In this document: positions 48,161 through 60,579 of the stretch, in pieces | Position numbering within the stretch: the stretch's first letter is position 1 | Layout: every line of letters begins with the position of its first letter | Source of the DNA: Vicugna vicugna | Lineage: Eukaryota | Reading direction: 5' to 3' | Assembly (NCBI GenBank): GCA_013265495.1 | Contig: MU058636.1 | Coordinates: 9,955,066-10,019,065 of the forward strand | DNA: 64,000 nt | The notes under the pieces: generated by a model | Told to the model about the DNA's origin: nothing | What the model saw: only the letters and a program-made list of their open reading frames with translations | Databases searched by the model: none | Program-made: the position numbers and the translations under genes

Positions 48161-49889
48161 AAAAGAGTTGACACTAGGGTTTGATGCTAGTCTTCCACGC
48201 GCTACCTGTGAGAACTCCTGGGAGGACCACTAAAATAATATAGGTCAACGTGCTCAGGGAACGGCGCTCCCGGTCAGAGAAGCCCCTGGTAGCCCACTTC
48301 TTTGGTGTCCATCTCCCTTGCCCACATCTCGTTTCACAGCCCTGGCCGTCTCCAGGCACCCTGACAGCATGGAGACTGACGCAGGGCATCACACACACTT
48401 GTTCCCTGTCCTCGTGCGAGGCCACAGTTAGACACTCTGCAAAGGCGGTAGAGAGAAATGAAGCCAGAACACTCTGTGCCAGAAATTCTTTGAGAATAAT
48501 TATCTCACAGGTCAGGCAGAGACGCCAGGAAAACGGCTCCAGTACAGATGTCACTGGTCCCTGAGGTTCCGTCTCCCCGTCCTTTGTTCTAGCTGAGCCA
48601 GGCAAACATGCCTTCGCCCAATTACTTTCCCTCGTCTTTATTTTCGCCCTTATTATCTCAATTACCGTCCCCAGAGAGGCCCCACAAATGAAGAAGGGCT
48701 TGGAACCACAGTGGTCAACATCATACTTAATAATAACAATTATATAATTATATATCTCTCATATAATAATACGTAATTACCCAATAATTACTATTAAACA
48801 GTGCCGTGGTGACCACTGAGGCTCCCAAACCCTTTAATTACTATTGTCGCCCATACAAAACAGAAGATCATTCTCTAACGTTGTTTCTGGGCCCACAGAC
48901 GCTTCTCTTTTGGGTGCTCAAGTGTCTGTTTATTTCTGTTTTCACTCTCGAGCTGAGGCCTCACCGGGAGCTTGGAGGCCTTAGACCTCCAGACTTAGCA
49001 CGCCGGTTCTTGAAGCATGTTACAGGCCAGCCTTCTCAGTGTTTATTTTCCCTTTCATCTCCAAGTGCAGACAGCGTCTGGAGAACCTCCTTGTCTGTGG
49101 TGACTGGTGGGGAAACCTCACATCAAAATAGGCAGAATGAGTCCCAAGCCCCAGCTTCTTCCCAACTTGCCTTCAGATACTCAGAAAACAAGCAGATGTG
49201 GGTAACTCTTGGGTAGGACTGAAGTTCTCAGCTATGCCGACTTTAGAATCTGAAAGTTTGTAAAATTCTGTCTCTCTAGTCCAAGATATGCCTTCCTGTG
49301 GAGGCAAATACTGAATTTCATCCTTTCTTTGCTGGATTCCAACCTTGAGACATCTTTCTGGGAGGTGGCTAGGTGGAAGGGATACCATAATAGTATACGG
49401 ATTTCTTTTTGAAAACTTTTTGTACTAAAATAGACGTAAGGAAAGTGAATTACTTGGCTGAAAACCATATGGGAGACTTTCAAGGGATCTTTCTCCATTT
49501 CCCAGACCGCACGTAGACCACTAGAAATGTTACCTAGGGGTCTACAAGCCAAAACAACAACGATTTCCCTTTCCTGGTATGAGACTGGGCCCCTTCATTG
49601 CTTAGGGATGCCCGATTCATAAGGCAGGATAGCGAGCTAAAAGTCAGCTGCCATCGATAGGCTGAGAGATCGATTATAGGTCAACGAGACCAAGGAGAAT
49701 AAGGCAAAGGAGAATGATGCACATTCATTTCCTTCAAACTAAATTTATCATAAGGTCTTTTTTAAAAAGAGAGACAAAGCAAGTGATTTTTTCTATTCAT
49801 ATGGGAAGCCATTAAAAACATATTTTTTTCCCCAGCTTCATCTACCAGCTATCACTAAGAGGCTGACCCTTTTAGAAGGTCACAGTGCA

Positions 49890-50040
49890 GAGGGGAGGGC
49901 ACAGCTCAGTGGTGGAGCACAGGCTCAGCATGCAGGAGGTCCTGGGTTCATTCCCCAGTACCTCCATTAAATAATCAGTTAACTAAAATAAACAAATAAA
50001 TAAAACCTAATTATCTCCCCCCTGAAAAGCAAAAAAAAAG
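49890..50040 (+). mobile_element. Camelid tRNA-derived SINE (Vic-1 type)
   Basis: gaggggagggcacagctcagtggtggagcac...gaggtcctgggttcattccccagtacctccattaaa...aaacctaattatctcccc plus A-rich tail. Confidence 0.85.
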
Positions 50041-51789
50041 ATAACAATCTAAATTATGCCCCCAAACCTGAGGGAGTACTACATGCAGGTGACAGAATCT
50101 GGAATAGAAAATCATTTTTTTGAGGCCTTTACAGCACTCTCGTTGTCACCCTTAGAGAAGCCTTTGTAGGCACAAGACATACTTGATGACGGACCCCTGA
50201 GTGCCCCGACTCCTACTCCACGCCAGAGGGGGAGGCGGGCAGCTCTTTTCTTTCACACATTGCACTTATTCACGCCATCCCTCTTCTCTGCCACAGTGTC
50301 ATCCTGTGCCTTCCAGGTTGGACAGTGACCCAGAACCATTCAGTAGGTGATGGGCGCAGCCCTCCGTCTGCTGGGCTTGGCTCTAAACCCAAGCCGCAGA
50401 CTCAAGTCTCCATCTCGGTGTTGACGGCTGCAGTGCCCTGAGCTCTGGAGCGAGGTAGGACACACCCCTGCGCAAAACCTTCTGACAGGTTTCCAGGGTC
50501 TCTGGGAGGAAACCCGAACTTCCTGCAGCCCAGAGGGCCCTCCATGAATGGTCTCTCCGGGTGTCGGCAGACAGCAGTCTTACCCCCATCAGGAGGTCCA
50601 CCAATGCTACTTGCAGGCTCTTTCCTGCCTTACTTATTCCCTGAGCTTTCTTCTCCCTCTTTGTCGTGCTAACTCCTGCTCACCCTCAGCATTTCCACTT
50701 GAAAGTCATTTCCCTAGAGGAGCCCTCCACGAAACATCCCTTCTGAGAACGTCCCCGGGTGTATGTGATCGTAAACCATCCTTCTTTAGTAAGCTGTTGA
50801 AAAGATACATAAAAAACGAAAAACTTTGCTGCCCCCTTCCCCCCTCTTGATTGTGAGGGTCATCAGAGGAGAGAGCTAGTGTGTTTTCATTTACCCAGTG
50901 TTGGGCGTGTCATCATTTACAAGTCATTCTGGAATAAACCAGTGAATTCAGTAGATGCGATGACCAGAACATTGAGACACGTCCTACGAGCCACCTTAGG
51001 AAATCAGCAGAGAGGAGCTAACACCCTGGAACCAAAAGAGCGCTGGCTTGTGGGAGCCGAGGTGCCGGGGGTCTAGCCCCAAAGTGCAGAACACAAGCTT
51101 ATCAAGTCTTCAACCCAACTTGGCCCAATGTGGTATCTGAAAGGGCGGACACAGACCCTGGATTCCCCAGGACATGCTCACTTCGGATGTTTAGCACTCC
51201 GCTCTCAGAAACCATCAAAAAGCCCTGGAAATGGTCATGTTCTGGCATCCATACTGTATCTTCCACTATTGTCTTAAACCCAGAGACAGGGCGGGGGGCA
51301 GGGGAGGTAGGAGTTCTTTGTGAATCATAAACCCCTATTTTTGGTTGAGAAACTATGAGCACAGAGCTTACATGTGTGTCAACCTCAAAAGCTAGGGAGG
51401 TGTTCCAAAATATCCTTCCTTCCCTCAGTAACCCACTGCAAGCATGTAATTTACTATTTTATTTATAGCATTGTCCTCACTGTATTTTAATCTTTACTAA
51501 AGCCTAGGGCTAATGAGTTCCACAGGTTCACTACCTGCTGTGTGAAGTCGTAATTTTACAAACTGCCTGGCACACTTGTTCTTTAACGCTTCAGGCCACT
51601 CTGTGCCTCTGTCTCCGATCAGCTCTTTGTCAGAGGGGAAGGTCCTGTTTGTCCTTTTCTCCCGGCCTCCCCACTCAAAATCTGAGCATTCTGTCTTTGG
51701 CTCTCTTGTGTCCTGTAGCTTATGGCCAGGTCCTTTCTTAGTTGACTTGCTTTACAAAGAAACATTACGAAGAATAAGGTTTCCTTCTC

Positions 51790-51938
51790 CGATGCTACTA
51801 GACCCCCACCAGGAGTGCCAGCATCACTCGGAGGCTTGTTACAAATGCAGAATTCCGGGGCCCCAGGTTCTGAATCAGAACCTGCATTTTAACCAGAACA
51901 GTAGCTGACTTCTTTGCACATTCAAGTTTAAGAAGCTG
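51790..51938. mobile_element. MER5A
   Basis: ccagcatcactcggaggcttgttacaaatgcagaattccggggcccc...tgaatcagaac...gcattttaac...agtttaagaagctg followed by ctctagag, the Charlie-type target. Confidence 0.8.
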
Positions 51939-52339
51939 CTCTAGAGAATCTTCATCTCAGACCCAAGAGCCCTGGCCCCGGGGCTCCTCCTCAGCAGCAC
52001 CCCCCAACCCTAACCCCTGCCCCACCAGCAGACACTTCCCTTACACAGTAGCAGGCTGGCTTTTGTGACCCAGCCCCCTCCCCACTTGGATTCAAAAGAG
52101 CTCAGGGAGCCTCAGAACTCTGAGCTCCCAGGGAATGAGGGTGTCAGAGGTCCCAATAGTAAATATCAGCTGCCTTCTGTGTTTAATAGTTTGATGAGCT
52201 ACCACGTGAACTTCTATGGTATGCACCTATGTGGTATGTGTGTATGTAACACACGCTGTCATACATGGTAATTAGGATCTCATGGTAGTTTCTGTGGAGC
52301 ACATGCACCCTATATTCTAATCATGTCTAATGTGTTGTA

Positions 52340-52565
52340 GAGAAAACAGCACAGGCTTTGGCGTTAGACTGGGTTTCGCCAGCCTCTGCCGCAGATGTGG
52401 CAAGACCTCAGGCAAGATGTGGAAAACCGTCTTAGCTCACATTCCTCATGAACAAAATGAGGGCAGTTCCTGCCTTGCAGGGCAGTGTGGGATTATAAAT
52501 CGGTACAATCTATTTGCCGCAGCGCCTGGCACGCACCAGGTGCATGGTAACTCGGGGTCCTGTCA
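52340..52565 (+). mobile_element. MIR
   Basis: cacaggctttggcgttagactgggtttc...cctcatgaacaaaatgagg...gcgcctggcacgcaccaggtgc. Confidence 0.7.
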
Positions 52566-52905
52566 TCAGCACGGCTGTTGTGACACCCATGTAAAATAAT
52601 CTGTGGGTTTTGTTCACTCTTAGGTATTTAGTTACATCCAATTCAGTTCTCAACGGATCCTCATGTCACTTTTTGTATAAACTGGTCCTGGCCGGTGTTT
52701 TCATCCAGTTGACTTCTTGGTCCTAAATCCACCTTTACAAGGTTCCCTACACCGGGGTCCAAAGTTTATTCTTTAGCTGTAAAAGAATCTGTGCCTATTC
52801 TTGATCACCTTCACCAGTGCCTCGGGATCTTAGGGAGAAGCTGTTCACCCATCTGACCAACCCTTAATTATTCCCAACCCTTCGAGCGCCCACTTCACGC
52901 TAAGG

Positions 52906-53117
52906 CAGTGGTTCTCTGAGGGTCGGGGAGGAGAGGCTTTCAACAGGGAACAGGTGAAATGTTTGACTGTCATAACTGGTGGTGGGAGGATGCTACTGGC
53001 ATCAAGGGAGTAGGGGCCAGGGATGCTGTTAACCACCCTACAATGCACAGGAGAGCCTCCCACCACAAAGAATTGTCCAGACCCAAATGTTCATGGTCCT
53101 GCAGCTGAGAAATCCTG
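52906..53117. mobile_element. MER20 (hAT-Charlie MITE), near full length
   Basis: cagtggttctc...gactgtcataactgg...tgctactggcatc...ggccagggatgctgttaaccaccctacaatgcacagg...cccaccacaaagaatt...cccaaatgttcatgg...gagaaatcctg. Confidence 0.9.
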
Positions 53118-54461
53118 CTCTAGATTAAAGTTGCAGGGTATCATTCTCAGCAGCCCTTCACCACAAACCCGTATGCCCACTCTGCTCACTGTCTTCCATT
53201 CCCCATCACAGGGGTCCTTCAAGTGTCTTGAACTCTTCATGGCCCATCAGGAATTTCAAGCCCCTGTGGAATGGCCTGGCTATTCATTTCTGCTGGCTGC
53301 GTTGTCACAGTGCTTACCTCACACCTGGAATGACTTGGCGGGTACAGGGAGAGCCACTGTGTGTCCAGCACATCAGCCACGCTGCCATTTTAGAGAAAGG
53401 AAGGTGCACAAGGGTTCCAGCCATGACCCTAGTGTCTCCTGCTTCTTTCTGTCTTTTCTCTCTCTTAGCTGTTGTCAGGGGTCTGAGTCTCTGACCTTAC
53501 CCTCTGGGCCACCTCCTCTCCAGCCAGTCTGCACACCTCGCACCGGAAGCCAAGCTCTTTCTTACTTGCAACATCAATGGCTCCCTCCTCTACCACTGTC
53601 CCTAGTCTCTGATACCAAACTTTTATCCTCTGTTCTCATAGGACCCCTGTTGTTTCTCTCACTGGACATGGGCTAGTTTAAGCTCATCCTATTTGAAAGC
53701 ACCAAGTGACTGCCCACATCCAGCTCTTCCTAGGACATCAATCATCCACTTCACAGCTCCTTAAAATTTTACACCAGTGACACAGATATTGGATAATCTG
53801 GGAGGAGGTGGTGATTTCCTCATGCACACCTGAACTTTAAAGAAAAAAGATGATACGCATCCATTATTCCAAAAGGTAAACTGAAGAATACACAGAAAGG
53901 ACAATGGTGAAACATTTCTGTATCCTTAGGTAGGACTAAAAGTACACTTGAAATGATGTGCATTAAAAATTGACTAAATGTTCAAAGGAGTCTATGACTG
54001 CTAGAGAGTTGCGTTTGTCAGTTTCACCAAGCAAGAAGGCTCTACATGTGAACACGGAGACTGGGGCTCACTCTTTTGGTTGGATATTAACGGTTCGTGG
54101 AGTCCTGGGAGGTACAGAGCAGGCCCCAGTCAAGTCTCCGTCCTTCTAAACACTTAGGGGACATGGCGGAGGACACAACCTGACACACCCAACACAGAGC
54201 CTCCCACGCACAGTTCTCGGTGCTGCTTTCTGTTTTCTGGTTTCATTTCCATTTTTATCCTGTTTGCGGGGCTCATAAGCACTGGAGCAGAAGAGCCTGG
54301 TGTCAAAGCGTTAGGGGAAGGCGGTCCGGCCTTGATCTCCCTCTGGGGTCGGCAGACTTGAGCTGAGATCATTACCGTCTTACGGTACAGTTGGCGGCTG
54401 TGTTTTGTAGATTGGCACAGTGAGTGCTGTTACTCTGTTCTTTTCTCCTTCATTCCTGCAG

Positions 54462-54551
54462 ACCTTTCTCCACAGAGCCCACGTGTCTCACAGAAAGCTG
54501 ACGCCATCACCAGCCCCAAGAGCCGGCGCCGATTCGTCCAGCATAATCCAG
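54462..54551 (+). other. Candidate 90-nt frame-preserving exon (unverified)
   Basis: Acceptor ctctgttcttttctccttcattcctgcag| and donor CAG|gtaacc; two frames open; CpG-rich. Confidence 0.3.
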
Positions 54552-55784
54552 GTAACCCCACACCCCTTGACAGTGATGGGTCCTGGAGCTCAGCCTTCAG
54601 CCGGCCTCTTACGATTCTATTCTCTTGGCAATAGTTACCGGTGCCGGGGCGGGACAAGACCTACACTGGTCCAATCAGACTGAAGTGAAGGATTTTTCTT
54701 CCACCAACAAAGAGTGTCTCTTCCTTCCCAAACCCCAGGGAAGTGAGCAGGGAAGTGCACAGCCCCGATTTTTGCTGGCAGTCCTCATACAACCTTGAGG
54801 AGAACAGCTTAAGAATGAAACCGATGCTAGCATAGGGCAGAAAGACACAAAAAACTGGGTCCTCGATGATACAGTCATTGAATCAATCAATCCCGCAGTG
54901 CATTCACTCTACCTTCTGGATGTGAAAGACAGTATACCTGCTGATTATCTGATTATTTGCATCGTGTTTTCTCTTACAGCCCAGAGCATCTTAACGGATC
55001 ATTTCTCCCCCTCGGCAGAACTTAGGGCCCTATGAGGGAGGCACCAGGAGGCTCCGTAATCCACCGACATCTTCTCTTTTACCTTAAACTCCTTCCCGAA
55101 GCATCCTCCTAGCCCACCGTGGCAATCAAGAGACCTCCTTCCTAAAAGGTTAGAAATCGTTAGACTGCAACTCAAGATCCCCAACAAAGCCTGCTGGGTC
55201 CCCTTCCACCCTGTTGCCTGCCTTTTTCTTCTCCTATCCCCTCTGGAGTTCATCCGTCAGACCTTCTTCCCTCTCCACTCCTGCCAGGACTTTGCGGCCT
55301 TACGTGTGCATTTTATCCAAGATGGCCTCGGGTCCAAGTGTTTGTGACGTCCATGACAAGGACTTGCTAATCTCTCGGAAGCCACCCAGTATACGGAACC
55401 CGGCAGTTTACCTGAATGATCACACTATTTCATTTTTTTAATTCTCCGTAGTTGGCATCAGGGCCTTAGAACAGAATTTGCAGTTATGTTTTGCCTAAAA
55501 AGAAAGAGCTGCCAGGGCTCTCCAACTGGCAATGCATCAGTTCCACCTCAAGTAGATCAACAGGGAGAAGTTAATGAAACGGAACAGTTCTCATATTAAC
55601 CAGTTAGCTATTCAGCCTAGGACAGATGTGGAAAATAAGCCCATACGAGACAAATTCATTAACGTGAAATTACCCGTTCAACACCTTGATATCTGAGCAG
55701 GCTGGTGTTTCAAAATTATTATAATTATGATCATGGGGATAAAAAGAGCCAAACTTTCGAAAGAAGACTTGGAAAAAAAAAATT

Positions 55785-55964
55785 NNNNNNNNNNNNNNNN
55801 NNNNNNNNNNNNNNNNNNNNNNNNNNNNNNNNNNNNNNNNNNNNNNNNNNNNNNNNNNNNNNNNNNNNNNNNNNNNNNNNNNNNNNNNNNNNNNNNNNNN
55901 NNNNNNNNNNNNNNNNNNNNNNNNNNNNNNNNNNNNNNNNNNNNNNNNNNNNNNNNNNNNNNNN
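55785..55964. other. Assembly gap (180 N)
   Basis: Run of N following a poly-A stretch. Confidence 1.
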
Positions 55965-56479
55965 TTAATGGGAAATCGGCAGGTGCGCTGCAGACTGAAC
56001 CAGAGATGTTGCTTCAGCTCCAGACGAAAGCTTTGACTCCTAAAGACATGGAATCCGAGCGTCAGAGCCCAGAGGTCTGAATTCCCCCGCTGTCCCTGAA
56101 GTCAAGGCCCCAGGTAGAGCCTCTGAGACTCAGTAGGATGTAGACGTGGTATTTGCAGCCTGGAAAGCACTGACAACCTTTTCTGCTTCTCTTAATAGCT
56201 GGCTCTCCAGTAGCTGTTAACCACCAAAGGGCTAACCTTTGCATGGAGGTTCTTCACAAACCCAGCCGGCAGAAGACAGTCTCCAGTAATATCGCCTCCA
56301 GGGAGCCCATGTAGGAGAAAAAGTTGGAAGCCTCTGAAATCGGATGGCTTAGGTTTCAGTGTACGATGCTACAAAGATGACATGGGCCATCTGTGCTTCA
56401 GTCTCTCCATCAGCAAAATGAGGACATTAATATACCGACCTTGGAGGACCGTTTCGAATTTCTTGCAGGTAACAGAACG

Positions 56480-56715
56480 ACATGGTTGGCAGCGTGGACT
56501 CTGAAGCCAGATTCGTGCGGGTTTCCATCTGAGCCCCACCGCTTGCTTACTGCCTAGCCTCAGCAAGTGAACTCACCTTTTGCTTTGTGCCAGTTTGCTC
56601 AGATGCAAAATGGGGACAATAATACTAACCTCCCATAGTTGTTACGAAGATTAACATTTTAAAATAATTTAGACCAGTGTCTGGCTTGTATAACAAGTAC
56701 TTTTTGTGCATTGAG
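56480..56715 (+). mobile_element. MIR, near full length
   Basis: gcgtggactctgaagccaga...cagcaagtgaactcacc...cagatgcaaaatggggacaataatactaacctcccatagttgttacgaagattaa. Confidence 0.85.
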
Positions 56716-59159
56716 TGTGGTATTTGACCCTGAGTAAGAAAGTTATACATTAATATCAGAATTAGTGTTAACCTCCGTGTGAGCAGGAGTAATGCTGTAA
56801 ATGAGGGGAAAATGGGGTAATAATTCCAAGGACAGAAGAGAAAGGGACAAGATACTCGTAGTTAGAAGAAATTGCCTCTCAGCAATCCCATTGTGCCAGG
56901 CTTCACGTCACAGCTAGAACCAGGATGTAATACTTGGGTGTATCTCAGTGACCCAGGATCTCCCACTGGAAACACATCAGGCACCCGCATGCTGTTCTCG
57001 TGAGAAGTCCGGAAGCTTATCTCTGAGGTGAGCAGAAGGGAGACCAGGGGCGGAAGCGACCGTGTGTGGCAATCGTGGGTCTCAGTGACTGTAGACACAG
57101 GAAATACTTCATTCTTAGCAAAAATGAGTCATAGATCATGTTCCATAATCACACAGACACAGCATGTCAGGCAGAGGAGCTGTGCTTGTCCAAGAAATGT
57201 AAACAACAACAGTCCTTGACTTTCCGTCCTGCAGGGTCATGAAGACCTGCCCTGTGTCACTGGCCATTTCTTTAAGTCACAGCTGAAAAAGTGACACCTA
57301 TTTATTCAAAGAACAGAGTCAGAAAAGATGTGCTGATCTGATAAATGGGTAATAGGATATACTTGGTTTGTTTTATGTGTTAGACCTCTCCCTAAGTATT
57401 TGGGTGCAGAAAAAAAAAATGGAGCCGTAAATCATGATGAATATTTGATTAAAACAACCCCACAGCAACTCTGAAAAATCTACTTAAATACAAATAATCA
57501 CCCTAATTTTTGTTTTCTGCGGTTTTTTTTTTCTCTTATTACTAAAATCTGGCAGGCACACACTGAGTTCTTAAGCCAGGACTTCTATTTTCTATCAGAA
57601 TTTTTCCTGACTATTACTTTGTTTGTTCTGGATTGTATTACTTTGTAAGTGAGAGATGATATATACTTGTGTCATACGGAACTTTCTCTCAGTTACTTCA
57701 GGCTAAATGAGTTTCAAAGTACCTGCAGAGTTCAAATGAATCACTGCATCTTGCTATGTCTTGCAGACTTGTCATTGTTGAAGGTTACAATTTCATTATG
57801 ATAATCTTACACTGTGATTAGAATTCTGTGTTTGCTAAAGCCATTTTATGAGCAAGGACAAATATTTATAGCAAAATATAAAATATATATACAGAAAAAG
57901 AAGACAATGACTTTACCTCCTTTGGCTTTAGTGTTGGGGAAATGGCTAGAAAAACCCTTGTGATAATTTCTTCCTTTGCTTCTGGGTCAATTTAATCTCA
58001 AGGTTTTTCTATCTCATTATCAACTTCAAAAAACACAGAATAAATTAAATGAAGAAATAGATCTCAGCTCCTGAGTCATCAGAGACACATCCTTTAATCT
58101 TCTCTTTCGCCAGCTGGCACCAAAGGTCCGGCTTTTCTTTCCGCTTTTAGTTCCAAAATGAGAGGAATTTCAGAGTCACGCTTCTATTATCTGTTGGTGT
58201 TTTCTGTCTTGTGGTTACAGCATCATTTTGAACAGGGTTTCACCACTAAGACTTTCTGTCCCCAGATGGTGATGTCATGTACCTGAATTACGCACCGGCA
58301 AAGCACCGCCATCAGGGGACGACCATCTACCTCCCTCTCGTCTGCGTCACCACATGGTCCAGGGCCTTCCCTCTCCATGTTAAGCACACCACAGTTCATC
58401 CCAGGAAGGAAACAGGTCAGCCTTCTCCTGAAATGAGAGACAACAGGAAAAGCCCAGCTGGAAGGCCTTAGTCCTCTCTTTCTCCTGTTGTCAGTGGAAG
58501 GCACTGGTCTTCCTCACCTGAGTGATCTCCTGGTCATCTCCGGTGAGGACCACACCTTCAATTCCTCCCCATCTTCCCCAGACTGAGGGGCAGTCCACAG
58601 CCTGATGGAGGCCTTCTGGTTAGGAGGCTGTGAGCTCACTTCTGTGAATTTACAATTTACTCTTTGGAACCAGGAAGTGGCAAAACACCAGGAGACCTGT
58701 CACCTTGGAGGGCCCTACACAGTGGTCTTTTTATTTCTGTTGGTGCTTTGAGGGATTCAGGCCTTCCCTGTTCGCTCCGCGGCAGGGCTGTTGCTAATTC
58801 CATTCCGTCACCTGTCAAGTTGTTCTGATCATGCGTGTCTGTGGCCTTTGTTTCAATATCCAAATAGGATAATATGACCTCCAGAAAATCTTGGTCCTGT
58901 TCCTCGTTTTATAATTTATAATTTTAAATTTGAAATTTTATAATTTCAAAAATCACAGATTGAAGGACGCAGAAGAGAGGTTTAATTCTGAAGTCAAGAT
59001 GCTGTCCTAGGTCAGCCTGCATGCATAGTGCACAGGGGCTTGAGTCTTGCTGATAATTCTTGAGCCATAAAAACTGCATCAGTGTTCACTGATCCTTCTC
59101 ATTCTCCTCTTCCATCCTGCACCCACCAGTATCTCATTGATTGGAGACTTTACCCACAT

Positions 59160-59343
59160 CAGGGGGTCTCAAGCTTGAGGGTAGATCAGAATCACCAGGG
59201 GAACATGTTAAAAATGCCCATCCCCTGGCCCTGTTCTCTAGGAATTTGATTTAGGAGACATAAAGCACTCAGAAACCTGAATGTTTTTCTGGCAGACCAG
59301 TTGATTCTGAAGCAGGAAGTCCAAGACCATGGTTTGCACACTG
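59160..59343. mobile_element. MER5-type MITE
   Basis: caggggtctcaagcttgag...atcagaatcaccaggggaacatgttaaaaatgc...tgattctgaagcag...gaccatggtttgcacactg. Confidence 0.75.
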
Positions 59344-59834
59344 ACCTTGGTCAAAATCCTTTTTAAATCCTTTTAAAATCCTCAAGAGGACCCCATCCTT
59401 TTAGAGCCCACGCCCGCCACGCGGCTGCCCAAATCTGTGCGCTTGCTCGCTCGCTTTCCTCTGCCTTCCAATAAGAATGCCCTTCCTCCAGCCTCATCTC
59501 CCCATCGACATTCTTCTGATTCTCTAAGCTCAAGCAGCTGATGGCCAGAACAGTGTCCTTTCTGAGTGTCCAGACGTGCATCTTCAGTTTGATTCTCTTT
59601 TAGAGTCTGGCTTGCTTTACAGCCACCTGTGCACAAATCTGCAAATCTCCTTCATCCCGTCTCTGTCAACCTCCTCTCCCGTATTCCTAGCTTGGTAACT
59701 ACACAAGGCTGAGCTGCACTGTACAGGAATTTCTATATTCCAGACACTGTGTTCTAATAACCCCAACCCACGGGGATGCTCCAGAGCCTAGTAACAGCTA
59801 GAGCTACACTGAATGCTGACTGCGGACTTGAGAT

Positions 59835-59956
59835 TCTTCATATATACATATTAATATATATCTGCACATATACTGACATATACAGACATACATGTATGCA
59901 TGTGTATGTGTATACGAATGTGTTATATGCATGTGTGTTTATGTGTGTGTGTGTAT
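59835..59956. repeat. Degenerate (TA)/(CATA)/(TG) microsatellite complex
   Basis: catatatacatattaatatatatc...catgtatgcatgtgtatgtgtatac...gtgtgtgtgtgtat. Confidence 0.85.
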
Positions 59957-60547
59957 AGTTGAGAATATACACCTACATGGTCAACTAACTCCACATAAAG
60001 AGTATTATCATCTCCTCTTCCGAGATGGTTCAAGTGAGTCATGGAGAGCGTGGTGACTTAGGGGAGCCTTGAGTGCTGAGCAGAGGAGGCCGTCTGAGGG
60101 CATCTCTCTCCGAGAAGGAAGTGGGCACCCCGACTCCAGCACTGCCTGCGGCTGCCCCCCACCCCAGCCCCAGGACGACCCCCGATGGGGGCGAAGCCTT
60201 CCACTCATCCTGTTGTCATCCAGCTGCCACTGTGGGGGAGCTGGGGTGGGCGTGAGGGACACGGGAAGGAAGTAATTACAGAGTCTGGTGGAGTCACTGC
60301 TCTGTGGAAGAACAGAAAAAGACAAGTCAGTGATGGAGCTGGAGAAAGGAAGGTTGGAGAACCCGGAAAACAGAAGAGCACAGCAGCCCAGGGGGTGGGA
60401 AGCATGGCTCTGGACTTGCTGTTTTTATTTTCACACACTGACGCCCACTTGCTGAATGGCTGTCTTCCATGCTGGCCTGAAAGCTTCTTGGGGAAGAAAC
60501 CAATCTGTTGGGTTCCCAGCTGTATTCCTAGTGCTTAGCACACTGTC

Positions 60548-60574
60548 TAATAATAATAATAATAATAATAATAA
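60548..60574. repeat. (TAA)9 microsatellite at a MIR tail
   Basis: Nine perfect units followed by caacaa, abutting the MIR 3' end. Confidence 0.95.
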
Positions 60575-60579
60575 CAACA

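Noticed and set aside
53023-53676. 217-aa ORF
   Set aside because: Starts inside MER20 and runs through repeat-like fragments; no protein features.
58929-58950. 9-bp AT-rich inverted repeat tttgaaatt/aatttcaaa
   Set aside because: Short and low complexity; expected by chance, although it resembles the 11.8-kb motif.
59353-59382. About three copies of an 11-bp unit aaaatcctttt
   Set aside because: Ordinary slippage repeat with no sign of function.
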